Source: Candidatus Woykebacteria bacterium RBG_13_40_15 (GTDB lineage: Bacteria > Patescibacteriota > Microgenomatia > Woykebacterales > RBG-16-39-9b). Taken from it: a stretch of DNA of 64,000 nt. Every line of letters begins with the position of its first letter. The first letter of the stretch is position 1. The position numbers were made by a program, and so were the translations under genes. A model generated the notes under the pieces. It saw only the letters and a list, made by a program, of their open reading frames with translations, made no database searches and was not told the origin of the DNA. Positions 1 to 8,456 of this stretch are shown piece after piece. The stretch covers positions 30,309 to 94,308 of the forward strand of contig MHCP01000028.1 of NCBI GenBank assembly GCA_001816655.1. The letters are read 5' to 3'.

Positions 1-194
1 TAAATCGAGTCCCCAATTTTCCTAGTTAAATATTTCTTAACATCTCTACTTCCAACACCAAGAGCGTGAGCGATTTTAACTAGCCTCTGCCCACTACTTA
101 TTTCGCAATGCGCAATAACATCTGCTTCCGAAACAGGCTGTCCAATTTTTACCGCAGGCTTACAGAAACCTGGGTAATTTCTAGGTAAGAGCAT
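1..194 (-). CDS. partial CDS (runs off window start), helix-turn-helix-like C-terminal region
   Basis: Reverse complement from ATG at 192-194 translates MLLPRNYPGFCKPAVKIGQPVSEADVIAHCEISSGQRLVKIAHALGVGSRDVKKYL... with no stop before position 1. The HTH call is a guess from the sequence pattern. Confidence 0.3.
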   Translation of the reverse strand, partial: MLLPRNYPGFCKPAVKIGQPVSEADVIAHCEISSGQRLVKIAHALGVGSRDVKKYLTRKIGDSI

Positions 195-232
195 TTTATT
201 TTTTGATTCTATTCTTCTAATTACTGGACAGA

Positions 233-1279
233 TCAAAAAGCCTCCTCGTTTTTTGTTTTTTCTAACATTTGGTGCCAAAGAGAAACAGATACCCTGGAAC
301 TTTCTTGACCAAATGAAAGCGCAAGGGGCTTTTCTCTGGAATCAAGCAAAATACCAAGCGAGCCCCCATTTACGGAAAAATTATGCTTTTCCTTTTCGAT
401 CAGAAAACTTAAATTAATTGTCTGCTCGCGCGATGCGGGGACAAGAGCAATCTCGTCTTTGGAAAGTTCAATTTCCTGTAATTGCGAGTACCCCCAATCT
501 AGTTTCAAAGGTAGTGGTCCACCCAAAGAAATAAACGCCCCTACTCTATCTAGCCACGGCCCGGGAGTTACAACCTGCAACTGTTTGTAAGTCGCTAAAA
601 GAGTACCAAAGGAGGGTAAAAAGAAATCTCGGTCAAAAAAAACTTCAGCTACTTCATGTTCTCTTAAAACGTCTAAAACAATTAAGGCTAGCCTAGACAT
701 ACTAGGCGTACCAGAAACTAATCCCCCAGTAGCGATAATTGTAAGTTTCTTCTTTGATTTTTCGGGCAAAATTTTGCCAAGGGCATTTCGCAAAAAGGCC
801 TCTTCTACCTCTAAGTCTTTTGGGCTGTTGGGAAGAATATGTGGTCGATATTTTCTGTTTCCCAACAGATTTTCTAAACTAATCTCATCGACTGGGTAAG
901 TAAGGTATTTACCAACATCCCTTGGCTCAGCCTCGGTTTGAAGTACAATACTTCCAGCATCAAAAAGTACTATATTAGTCTCAGCGCTCTTAAAGAAATC
1001 TACTAGAAATTTGCTTACACCTTCTTCCCTAACAAATTCAGCCTTTAATTTCTTCGCTAATCCTTCCGCTTCAGGCAAGCTGCTCACAAAGATTTTTGGT
1101 AGCTCCTTCTCACTGAAATTAGCCAATAACGTTTCTGTACTAAGGAGAAGGTCTTCCCTTGCGGTAGGTAAACGGAAGGATTTTTCAATATTCAGGAAAT
1201 TTTCGCTATCTATAGCTGTCTGAAAAGCTTTTGTCCAAGTACTTCCAATATCAATTGTAAGAAATCTTTGATCGGGCAT
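233..1279 (-). CDS. actin-like (ASKHA) ATPase family protein, PilM/MutL-like
   Basis: 348-aa ORF. N-terminal LTIDIGSTWTKAF resembles the phosphate-1 motif of actin-like ATPases (PilM/FtsA/MutL families). Length is close to PilM. Confidence 0.45.
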   Translation of the reverse strand: MPDQRFLTIDIGSTWTKAFQTAIDSENFLNIEKSFRLPTAREDLLLSTETLLANFSEKELPKIFVSSLPEAEGLAKKLKAEFVREEGVSKFLVDFFKSAETNIVLFDAGSIVLQTEAEPRDVGKYLTYPVDEISLENLLGNRKYRPHILPNSPKDLEVEEAFLRNALGKILPEKSKKKLTIIATGGLVSGTPSMSRLALIVLDVLREHEVAEVFFDRDFFLPSFGTLLATYKQLQVVTPGPWLDRVGAFISLGGPLPLKLDWGYSQLQEIELSKDEIALVPASREQTINLSFLIEKEKHNFSVNGGSLGILLDSREKPLALSFGQESSRVSVSLWHQMLEKTKNEEAF

Positions 1280-1301
1280 CTTTGTTTCAAGTTATCGAAC
1301 A

Positions 1302-1526
1302 TTAAATTCTAGGTACAAATGGCAATAAAGCTAGATTTCTTGCTCTCTTAATACTAGTTGCCAACTTCTTTTGGTGAGCTGCACACACGCCACTTCTTGC
1401 ACGACTTAGAATTTTACCACGCTCAGTCGTGAATTTTTTTATTGCCTCAACATCTTTATAATCTGGTTCCTTTTTTTCTTTGCAAAAACTGCAAACTTTT
1501 TTTACGTAATATTTTGTTTGTACCAT
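1302..1526 (-). CDS. rpsR: 30S ribosomal protein S18
   Basis: 74 aa with CSFC and the [17 protein letters not shown]...[17 protein letters not shown]18 signature. Third gene of the classic rpsF-ssb-rpsR arrangement. Confidence 0.9.
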   Translation of the reverse strand: MVQTKYYVKKVCSFCKEKKEPDYKDVEAIKKFTTERGKILSRARSGVCAAHQKKLATSIKRARNLALLPFVPRI

Positions 1527-1549
1527 TATTCTATCTTTCCTTTTTTAGT

Positions 1550-1699
1550 CCACTTTAGTGGTCGCCCGCCTGCCGCGCCCGACTTCGCTTCGCGAACTCG
1601 AAGCGGGCGAGCCAAAGACTGGCACTGTCGGGCAGGCAGAACTCGAGAGTACCTAAATTACTTTCGCGAAAGCGAACGAATTTAGTTACGGAGAGTTCT
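1550..1699 (+). repeat. structured intergenic repeat element, copy A (carries a 71-nt GC-rich hairpin insertion at 1566-1636)
   Basis: CCACTTTAGTGGTCGC...CAGAACTCGAGAGTACCTAAATTA-CTTTCGCGAAAG-CGAACGAATTTAGTTACGGAGAGTTCT. Outside the insertion it is identical to copy D (58688-58764, reverse complement) and homologous to copies B, C and E. Confidence 0.7.
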
Positions 1700-1708
1700 A
1701 CTTTTGAC

Positions 1709-2269
1709 TTAAAACGGTATGTCATCGATATCTATTTCGTCACTCGCCTCTTCGCTCTTACCTTTTTCTTTTTCAGGCTTGTCTTCTTTTTCTTTCGTCT
1801 CCTTCTTAGTTTTCTTCTCCTCTTTTGTTTCTGCCTCCTCCGCCTCTTCTTTTACTTCTTCGGTCTCTTCTGATTTCTTTTTTTCAACTTCGGGAACTTC
1901 AGCAGCTTCACCAGCCTCCTCTGCCGTCCTTCTCGAATCAAGCAAAACCATGTCCTCTGCAACGATCTCCGTAGAATAACGTTTTTCGCCCTCGGGAGTT
2001 TCCCAGCTTCTTGTTTGAAGACGGCCCTCTATATAAACCTTCCGCCCTTTGGTAAGAAGTTGGGAGCACAGCTCCGCCAACTTATTCCAAGCAACTACTC
2101 TGTGAAACTCTGCCTCTTCTCTCTTCTCGGAACTGTCTGAAGGAGTCCAACTACGATTGGTTGCAACACGAAATGAGCAGACTGCGGTCCCTGATGGTAT
2201 ATATCGCAGTTCCGGATCCCGAGCGATATTACCGATTAACATAACCTTATTTAAACTACGATTAGCCAT
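1709..2269 (-). CDS. ssb: single-stranded DNA-binding protein
   Basis: OB-fold N-terminus ([15 protein letters not shown]...), acidic tail ending DDIPF. Sits between rpsF and rpsR. Confidence 0.9.
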   Translation of the reverse strand: MANRSLNKVMLIGNIARDPELRYIPSGTAVCSFRVATNRSWTPSDSSEKREEAEFHRVVAWNKLAELCSQLLTKGRKVYIEGRLQTRSWETPEGEKRYSTEIVAEDMVLLDSRRTAEEAGEAAEVPEVEKKKSEETEEVKEEAEEAETKEEKKTKKETKEKEDKPEKEKGKSEEASDEIDIDDIPF

Positions 2270-2338
2270 AAGTCCTCCTTAATAATTCTTTCGTTACTGC
2301 AAATTAGAAATTTATCCCTCTTTCTCCCTTAAAGTCTT

Positions 2339-2656
2339 TCAATCCCCTTTCCTCACAACCAAATAACGAAGTAGCTCCTCCATTAATTTTAGTTTTGAGT
2401 TTAAAAAGTTTGGAATTTGACTTTCCGCGTTAAAGTTAACTAGCGTGTAAAACCCTTTTTCTTGATTTTTTATTTTGTAGGCTAGATCACGAGCGCCCCA
2501 AGGTTCCGCACTTACAATTTTCCCTTTTTTGCCTTCAATCAATTTCTTTATTTCGTCTAATGTGGTTTCACGGTTTGATTCGCTCAAATCAACCCTCAAA
2601 ACAACCATTAATTCGTATTCGCTTGTCATAACTCGCCCCAGTATAGCACACAGCAT
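2339..2656 (-). CDS. rpsF: 30S ribosomal protein S6
   Basis: YELMVVLRVDL...LIEGKKGKIVSAEPWGARDLAYKI is a typical S6 sequence. Operon context with ssb and rpsR. Confidence 0.9.
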   Translation of the reverse strand: MLCAILGRVMTSEYELMVVLRVDLSESNRETTLDEIKKLIEGKKGKIVSAEPWGARDLAYKIKNQEKGFYTLVNFNAESQIPNFLNSKLKLMEELLRYLVVRKGD

Positions 2657-2705
2657 TAAATCTAATCAAGGTTGCTGTGTGCTGCGTCACTTCGTTCCTA
2701 AGCAC

Positions 2706-2801
2706 ACTACGTAACAGAAATTCAAGAATTTTTAGATCGCTGCGCGCTCTGCGACCATTTTATGGACTTGGTACTCCCGCATACTGCAACCACTAAAGTG
2801 G
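2706..2801 (+). repeat. divergent copy E of the structured intergenic repeat (opposite orientation to A)
   Basis: ctacgtaacagaaattc...ttggtactcccgcatactgcaaccactaaagtgg aligns to copy D (ctccgtaactaaattc...ttaggtactctcgagttctgcgaccactaaagtgg). Its central hairpin region is expanded. Confidence 0.45.
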
Positions 2802-2867
2802 GCTAAACACAGGATCCAAGATCGCTTCAAGTAATTCCTCAACCACGTATAACTTCTATCTTAAAGC

Positions 2868-2900
2868 GAAAGAGGCCTCGGAAATTCCAAGGCCTCTTGA
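2868..2900 (-). terminator. GC-rich hairpin downstream of the island-1 ORF
   Basis: aagaggcctcggaaattccaaggcctctt is a perfect 9-bp stem just past the stop of the 2936..3295 (-) ORF. The U-tract is weak. Confidence 0.35.
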
Positions 2901-2935
2901 TTCATCGCTACTCCTCCCCACACACCCCATCTGCT

Positions 2936-3295
2936 CTAAGAAGGAGCGTGCCTAGCTCTATGGAAACCGCAGTTAAGGCAGGTGATACCGAGATCGTCTC
3001 CCCCCTTAACCAGGGATTCCTTTTTATTGCACTTGGGACATCTCACACTGATCAGCACTACTGGGCCTTGATGCCCTTTCGGCGGCATTTCGGAAAGGAC
3101 TTGTACCACTGTTGCCTTCTGGTTGAGCCTTCTCTCCAACCTCGCCGGATCTTTTTCACCCCCGTTCACAATTATCAGAATATCACCGCATATCCGGATT
3201 CTAGCCCTTCCTGGGAGTTTGATGAGTCTCGCCGCCGCTCTCGCTTCAGGCGTCAGCAGCAACAAACCACTTAACATCCTTGTATGGGATTCCAT
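2936..3295 (-). CDS. hypothetical zinc-ribbon protein (GC-rich island 1)
   Basis: 119-aa ORF with paired CxxC (CPKCNKK...CLNCG). High-GC codon usage unlike neighbouring genes. The opposite-strand ORF 2897..3274 is low-complexity and rejected. Confidence 0.45.
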   Translation of the reverse strand: MESHTRMLSGLLLLTPEARAAARLIKLPGRARIRICGDILIIVNGGEKDPARLERRLNQKATVVQVLSEMPPKGHQGPVVLISVRCPKCNKKESLVKGGDDLGITCLNCGFHRARHAPS

Positions 3296-3757
3296 GGCGC
3301 TCTCCTCATCCTGTAAACTTGGGCAACAAAAAACTCACCCGTAAGGGCGAGTCTTGTGTCGCTTATACCACCTTACTTTCCCGATCTGTTACCAAATCGG
3401 GACTATCTAGAACCTCTCGCCTCAAGACCGCTCAAGATTTATCCTGAGCTCACCGAAGGACAAGGTCCATCACGCTGTAACGGGCGCTCCCGGGAAAATC
3501 TATTTACCCACCGAAGCTTTGGCGAAGGCGGGCTTTCAATTCCCCTGCTCCGCAGTGAATGGTTGGGCTAGTCACCTGCCGGGCTTCCACCTTACCCCAG
3601 CTCTCTGTCAGGTTTTCAACACCAACCCCTTCTGCATCATGCGCATTTATCTATTTAATTCGTTTGTTAGTATAAGGAATTTATAACGGCGTGTCAAATG
3701 GGTGGGCAAGCGGCCTCTGCACATCGGTCGAGAGGCCGCTCAGTCTTGTCCAGTTCG

Positions 3758-4231
3758 TTACGCCACTTTGTCCCGCCAAAACCACAAGCCGTTGAACGTA
3801 TCGAGATACGCCTCGAAGATCTCGACGAGCATCCCTAGAGCCTCCTCAGACAGAAGATAGGCCTCGAGAGTCTCTGCCGCTAATAGCTGGAAGGAAACAA
3901 GACCATCGGAACCGCTGATCCTTGAAATAGTCAGCAGATCCTCCGACTGCAACCTCCTTAGATTTGCGAGCAGAAAACAGGCGATTGACACCGCCCTTGT
4001 CCTCTCATCACACCTCCCATCAACTGCACTGAGAACGAGCTTTTCGGCGATTTCCTCCGAAAGTCCGTTTGGCGCAATACGCTCAACTAACTCCTGTAGC
4101 TCTGGCAGCTGAAGCGACACCGCCTGAACGATTACGGGGAAGATTCTCTCCACTATCCATCCTTTCCGCCACCGCCTCTTCCCCACCGCAGCGCGTCGTA
4201 CAATGTTAACAAAAAATCGAACATTTTTCAA
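3758..4231 (-). CDS. hypothetical protein (GC-rich island 1)
   Basis: 157-aa ORF in a ~60% GC block. No recognisable domain. Confidence 0.4.
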   Translation of the reverse strand: MKNVRFFVNIVRRAAVGKRRWRKGWIVERIFPVIVQAVSLQLPELQELVERIAPNGLSEEIAEKLVLSAVDGRCDERTRAVSIACFLLANLRRLQSEDLLTISRISGSDGLVSFQLLAAETLEAYLLSEEALGMLVEIFEAYLDTFNGLWFWRDKVA

Positions 4232-4491
4232 CCCATAGCTTTGGCCCTAGTACATTGATGTTATACGAGAGAAACGATAGAATATCGATATGCTGAAGGT
4301 TGGAATTGTTGGGGCGTAACCGGAAAAAGTGAGGCTACCAGAATACCCTTTAAGTTCAAATTAAGAATCCCAAAAACCTAGAAAAGAAACCAGAATTATT
4401 GAAAGAGACTCTCTCGGAAGAGTTGTTACTAGTCGGCATCTTTAAAATACTCTTATCTCTCTAAATTTATGAGTAGGCCTACTCTTTTTGT

Positions 4492-5034
4492 TTAACCTAG
4501 TTTTTCTTCTATCTTAGCCAACCTATCCTCTATTCGTCTTAGGACCTCCATTGTCTCAACGTGTGGAGGCGGTCCGTGGTGAGGCGGAGGTGGAGGCGGC
4601 CCGTGATGTCCAGGAGGTGGGGGCGGCGGTCCTGGTTCGTACAGTGGGTTTACTGGTACATCTGCCATTTTTGTCACCTCCTCTCGAAGAGCTTCAACTT
4701 TATTTAATAAATCTTCTTCGGTTTCGTTTTCTGTATCGGCGGTTATTTCTCTACCATCAGGAAACCCATAAATTAGTAACTCCTTGTTTTCGTTATTCTT
4801 AACTCTTAGCGGCAACCTAGTTAGCCAAGGGTACCTGTATCTTATTCGCTCTACTAGTTTATTAATGGCTGCAAGAATTAACTCATCACGGGAGAAATAC
4901 AACACGCCACCGACTTGATAAGAGTTTATTTTTCCATCCTCAGCAAGTCGATAAATTCCCTGCCTATAAAAGTACTTCTTGCCAAGGACTTCTTCTAACT
5001 CTTGGGCTGTACATAAATTAGCTACCTTTTCCAT
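4492..5034 (-). CDS. hypothetical protein with proline-rich repeat (PPPPPPGHHGPPPPPPHHGPPPH)
   Basis: 180-aa ORF. Globular N-terminal part, low-complexity Pro/His tract, C-terminal coiled-coil-like tail. Confidence 0.55.
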   Translation of the reverse strand: MEKVANLCTAQELEEVLGKKYFYRQGIYRLAEDGKINSYQVGGVLYFSRDELILAAINKLVERIRYRYPWLTRLPLRVKNNENKELLIYGFPDGREITADTENETEEDLLNKVEALREEVTKMADVPVNPLYEPGPPPPPPGHHGPPPPPPHHGPPPHVETMEVLRRIEDRLAKIEEKLG

Positions 5035-5254
5035 AGATATTGTTACAAGTCTTACTAGAATTGTAACATAATTAGGGTAAATGTCAAGTTTTGGATTTTA
5101 CACCAAAAATGCTAAAATAGCAGCGTTGCACACTGAGTCCCGTTCCATTAAGTTCTAAATGTGAATGGGCTTTAGTAGCAACGCGTGTAGGTATCTATCA
5201 TCGCCAATACTGTAGGAATGGCAGCTTATGGGCTATAAAGAGCTGCGGGGGCCG

Positions 5255-5485
5255 TCAAGCACTCGTATTTAACTCCAAGCTCTCTTCAATTACTTCCAAC
5301 CGCCCATCATGCTTATCAATCCGCTTCCTCTCTAAGTCCAATGCATCCATGTATGCTTTAATTTCTTTCTCTAAATTTAAGAGCGAAACTGTATGGCTGT
5401 CTAGTTTTTCATTTACTGGCTCAAGTTTTTCTTTGAGCGCCTTATTTATTATTTTGTCGATAGCTTCTAAATCTTTTTCTTCCAT
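5255..5485 (-). CDS. small coiled-coil protein (start placed at internal Met)
   Basis: The long ORF 5255..5659 overlaps the ychF start. The conserved-looking part begins MEEKDLEAIDKIINKALKEKLEP... with ATG at 5483-5485. Confidence 0.3.
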   Translation of the reverse strand: MEEKDLEAIDKIINKALKEKLEPVNEKLDSHTVSLLNLEKEIKAYMDALDLERKRIDKHDGRLEVIEESLELNTSA

Positions 5486-5546
5486 AGACTTACAATCTAA
5501 CAAACAAGTATAATACAAGTCAATCTGCCTTTTTGAAAGGTAAAAA

Positions 5547-6428
5547 ATGTTAAGAGTCGGGATCGTTGGATTGCCAAACTCTGGAAAATCTACACTTTTT
5601 AATGCCCTGCTACAGCGACAGATTGCAGAAGTCGCCGAATACCCTTTTACAACTATCAAACCAAATGTCGGTGTTGTTCAGGTACCAGACCATCGACTAA
5701 GCGAAATTTCAAAAGCAACCGGAATCCAAAAGACTGTACCAGCAGCGATTGAATTTATTGATATTGCCGGTCTTGTCAAAGGAGCGCATGAAGGAGAGGG
5801 TTTGGGAAACCAATTTTTAGGACACATCCGAGACGTTGATGTCGTTTTACACCTAGTGCGAGCCTTTCACAATCCGAATGTTCAACATCACACAGATTTT
5901 CCCGACCCCATTAAAGACAGCGAAATTGTAACCCAAGAGCTAAAACTGGCAGAGATCGAAAAGCCAACGATTTATGCGATCAATGCAGACGAAACCGACC
6001 TTTCCGACACTTCTGTCCCAATTGAGGATGCCATTAAAATTTCAGCTAAACTGGAAGCTGAGCTGTCTCAGCTTTCTCCCGAAGATCAAAAAGCCTATCT
6101 TAAAGAGCTTGGAATCGAAAAAACAGGATTGGAAAAAGTCATTTTAGCTTGCTATGAACCTCTGAACCTTATTACCTTTTTCACCATCGTTGGAAGAAAA
6201 CAAGTCCAAGCCTGGCCGGTCAAAAAAGGAACCACCGCCTTAGAGGCAGCTGGAATCGTTCACACTGATATGCAGAAAGGTTTTATAAAAGCTGAAGGAA
6301 TTGAATGGAACAAATTAGTTGAAGCAAAGAGTTGGAAGGCAGCAGCCGAAAAAGGTTGGATCAGACTTGAAAGCCGTGATTACGAAATAAAAGATGGCGA
6401 TGTGGTAGAGTTCAAATTCAATATTTAA
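5547..6428 (+). CDS. ychF: ribosome-binding ATPase YchF/Ola1 (short form)
   Basis: N-terminal P-loop [18 protein letters not shown]-terminal TGS-like end ...[16 protein letters not shown]. Confidence 0.8.
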   Translation: MLRVGIVGLPNSGKSTLFNALLQRQIAEVAEYPFTTIKPNVGVVQVPDHRLSEISKATGIQKTVPAAIEFIDIAGLVKGAHEGEGLGNQFLGHIRDVDVVLHLVRAFHNPNVQHHTDFPDPIKDSEIVTQELKLAEIEKPTIYAINADETDLSDTSVPIEDAIKISAKLEAELSQLSPEDQKAYLKELGIEKTGLEKVILACYEPLNLITFFTIVGRKQVQAWPVKKGTTALEAAGIVHTDMQKGFIKAEGIEWNKLVEAKSWKAAAEKGWIRLESRDYEIKDGDVVEFKFNI

Positions 6429-7174
6429 TTAAAGGGGTCTACCCTTCCTAGGGGTTCGCTCGCTGGAAATGTAGTCACCATTATTTGACTTAATAGATCG
6501 TCAATATCTTTTTTCTCAGCCTCAGTTAGACCTACAAATGTACCAGCGCTTGCAACCGCAGGTAAAGAATACAAAGGAAATTCGATACCAACCGTTGCAG
6601 TTATCGCTGACTCACTTTGATTTTTACTAATATTCAAATCTGTCACAGAAGCTACTCTATCCATTTTATTTAAATTTATTAAGAGTCCCAGCAGCGACTG
6701 ATAAGAACCTGAAAAGGAAATTCGCATTTTCGGGGCTGAACTTTGCCCAGTCGTACTTGCACTCTGGGGGGTAGTTTGGCTAACTCCTGACACAGAACTG
6801 TTACCTACCTGTGACGGAGTTTGAATTTGCAGAGCTGAGACTTTCATACCAGAAGCTGCTGCAACAGCTTCAACAAGCGATGTAATCCTCAAATTATCTG
6901 ATTCCGTCGGAAGCAACTTATCCAAAGCTTCGTTATCCTCACTAATTTCCGCTGAATCTAAATTTTTAAGGGTCTGTAAGTTTCTATCTAAGACCTCTAG
7001 GCGGGCCTCATCCTCTTTAATTTTTTCTCTTGCAGAAGACCAGGAATGAAATCTTGGTACCATCACGAAATAAATTAATGAGGCAGAAATTAATAAAGCA
7101 ACGAGTATCCCGGCAATTGTAAAAATCACCGTGTAATTAGAAGTTTTTGCCGCTTTCGATTTATTATCTTTCAT
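6425..7174 (-). CDS. pilO: type IV pilus assembly protein PilO-like
   Basis: N-terminal TM, coiled coil, C-terminal periplasmic domain ending DPF. Lies directly downstream of a PilN-like gene. Confidence 0.55.
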   Translation of the reverse strand: MKDNKSKAAKTSNYTVIFTIAGILVALLISASLIYFVMVPRFHSWSSAREKIKEDEARLEVLDRNLQTLKNLDSAEISEDNEALDKLLPTESDNLRITSLVEAVAAASGMKVSALQIQTPSQVGNSSVSGVSQTTPQSASTTGQSSAPKMRISFSGSYQSLLGLLINLNKMDRVASVTDLNISKNQSESAITATVGIEFPLYSLPAVASAGTFVGLTEAEKKDIDDLLSQIMVTTFPASEPLGRVDPFN

Positions 7175-7178
7175 TTTT

Positions 7179-7736
7179 CTATTTTAACCCCAAAGTTAGG
7201 TTAAAAATGTAGCTGTCTATGCTCTTGGTAAGGGAGCCTATGTTTACGCTCGAAAAAGTTTTATCTCCCTTCAGTGCTCCATAGAATTGATAAAGTATTT
7301 TCGGATCCGTCGATTTCACCTGCACTGTCAATTTGGAATTTTTGAAATCAAGGCTAGTCAATGTAATACCATTGGGTATAGTTTTCCCAAACTCAATAAG
7401 TTTGTCATAAAAATCTTGGTTTTTGCTTTGAGCGGCTTTTATCTGACCAATCTTCCCCTTCAAACTACCTACCTGCTGCGCTACCGATGCGTAAGTCTGC
7501 CAACTGCTCCTTTCAGAACTTAAATTTTCGGAAACCTCTCTCGCTTTGCTTTCCTCAACTAAACTGCCGTAGTAAATTGTTACAGAAATTATCGCTACTA
7601 TAATTACAACGGCAATTGAGACCAAAAGCGATATACTTTTAAACTTCCCTAAATCTAGAGAAGTTTTCGGCTCGGGGATTAAATTTAATTCTTTTTGTTT
7701 TTTTTCAAAAATAGGCATAGCAGACTTACTCACCAA
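7179..7736 (-). CDS. pilN: type IV pilus assembly protein PilN-like
   Basis: 185 aa with a single N-terminal TM followed by a coiled-coil/periplasmic domain. Gene order is PilN-PilO. Confidence 0.55.
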   Translation of the reverse strand: MVSKSAMPIFEKKQKELNLIPEPKTSLDLGKFKSISLLVSIAVVIIVAIISVTIYYGSLVEESKAREVSENLSSERSSWQTYASVAQQVGSLKGKIGQIKAAQSKNQDFYDKLIEFGKTIPNGITLTSLDFKNSKLTVQVKSTDPKILYQFYGALKGDKTFSSVNIGSLTKSIDSYIFNLTLGLK

Positions 7737-7817
7737 GGCTTTAGCGAAGGCGAGCTAACTTTTTACTAACACAATCGTAACAATAATAAGCCTCGTTTGC
7801 AAGTCAAAAAGCTGACC

Positions 7818-8456
7818 CTACGGCACAATTCTTGGTTTACCGCTAGGATTATCAGCAGGAGCTTCTTGCGGACCATCTCCATTTGAATCATCATCCCCGC
7901 TATCGTCTTGATCTTGATCGTCTGGTATCCCGTCGTTATCATGGTCGAAAGGAAACTCGTCAGAATCATCTGGAATACCGTCGTTGTCGCTATCTGGGTC
8001 TCCAGCATCGGAATTACCATCGTTATCATGGTCGTACGGAAGATCATCAAGACCATCTTCAATACCATCGCTGTCATCGTCAGAGTCCTGCCCATCATTT
8101 ACCCCATTGTTGTTATGATCAAAAGCCATAGAGTCAGAAGAATTTAAAATGCCGTCATTATCATGATCTGTGTCCCGTGAATCGGGGGTCCCATCATTGT
8201 CATGATCAGTTGGAAAGGAATCTGCACTGTTTGCTATCCCATCACCATCCTTGTCATCTTTGGTAACAAGCGCATTAGTTTTTTGGTTATTTGCTTTTAG
8301 ATTTTCTTTTTCAGAAGTTGAGGACCCAAAGTTCATTATTATTGCTGTTAGTATTATGAACAATAAGAGTGTTACCCCTAAAATTATTAAAAGCGTTTTC
8401 TTATCCTTTTTGTTTATTAGTTTTTTCAAAAACTCTGTATTCACTTTTCCTTCCAA
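7818..8456 (-). CDS. membrane-anchored protein with thrombospondin type-3 Ca-binding repeats
   Basis: N-terminal TM followed by at least six DxDxDGxxDxxD repeats (DHDNDGIPDD, DHDNDGTPDS...). The overlapping ORF 7766..8098 is rejected. Confidence 0.6.
   Translation of the reverse strand: MEGKVNTEFLKKLINKKDKKTLLIILGVTLLLFIILTAIIMNFGSSTSEKENLKANNQKTNALVTKDDKDGDGIANSADSFPTDHDNDGTPDSRDTDHDNDGILNSSDSMAFDHNNNGVNDGQDSDDDSDGIEDGLDDLPYDHDNDGNSDAGDPDSDNDGIPDDSDEFPFDHDNDGIPDDQDQDDSGDDDSNGDGPQEAPADNPSGKPRIVP

Noticed and set aside
1719-1979. Ser-rich 86-aa ORF on the + strand, together with many similar 60-140-aa antisense or alternative-frame ORFs such as 7883..8131 (His/Arg-rich), 17405..17830 and 35401..35655.
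   Set aside because: They lie entirely inside well-supported genes on the opposite strand (ssb, dnaX, frr and others) and are low-complexity. These are frame-shadow artefacts of AT-rich coding sequence.
2897-3274. + strand ORF overlapping the zinc-ribbon ORF in GC-rich island 1.
   Set aside because: Low-complexity Arg/Ser/Pro composition and no start context. The opposite-strand ORF has a CxxC...CxxC module and is preferred. Only one of the two can be real.
3296-3757. Attempt to assign the GC-rich non-coding blocks (3296-3757, 41030-41700) to RNase P RNA, tmRNA or SRP RNA.
   Set aside because: The hallmark motifs (GGAAAGUCCGGGC / ACAGAnCCCGGCUUA; GGUUCGAnUCC...CCACCA; SRP domain IV) were not found on either strand. 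Kept only as a low-confidence 'possible structured RNA' finding.
4290-4320. Mini-ORF ATG-CTG-AAG-GTT-GGA-ATT-GTT-GGG-GCG-TAA (MLKVGIVGA*) resembling the P-loop N-terminus of the downstream ychF ([11 protein letters not shown]...).
   Set aside because: Only 9 codons. G-protein N-termini are generic, and there is no supporting SD or conservation evidence. Possibly a gene-fragment relic but unprovable from this window.
7766-8098. 110-aa Met/Thr/Ile-rich ORF overlapping the TSP3-repeat gene.
   Set aside because: Same-strand alternative frame of 7818..8456. The latter has coherent domain structure (TM plus Ca-binding repeats).
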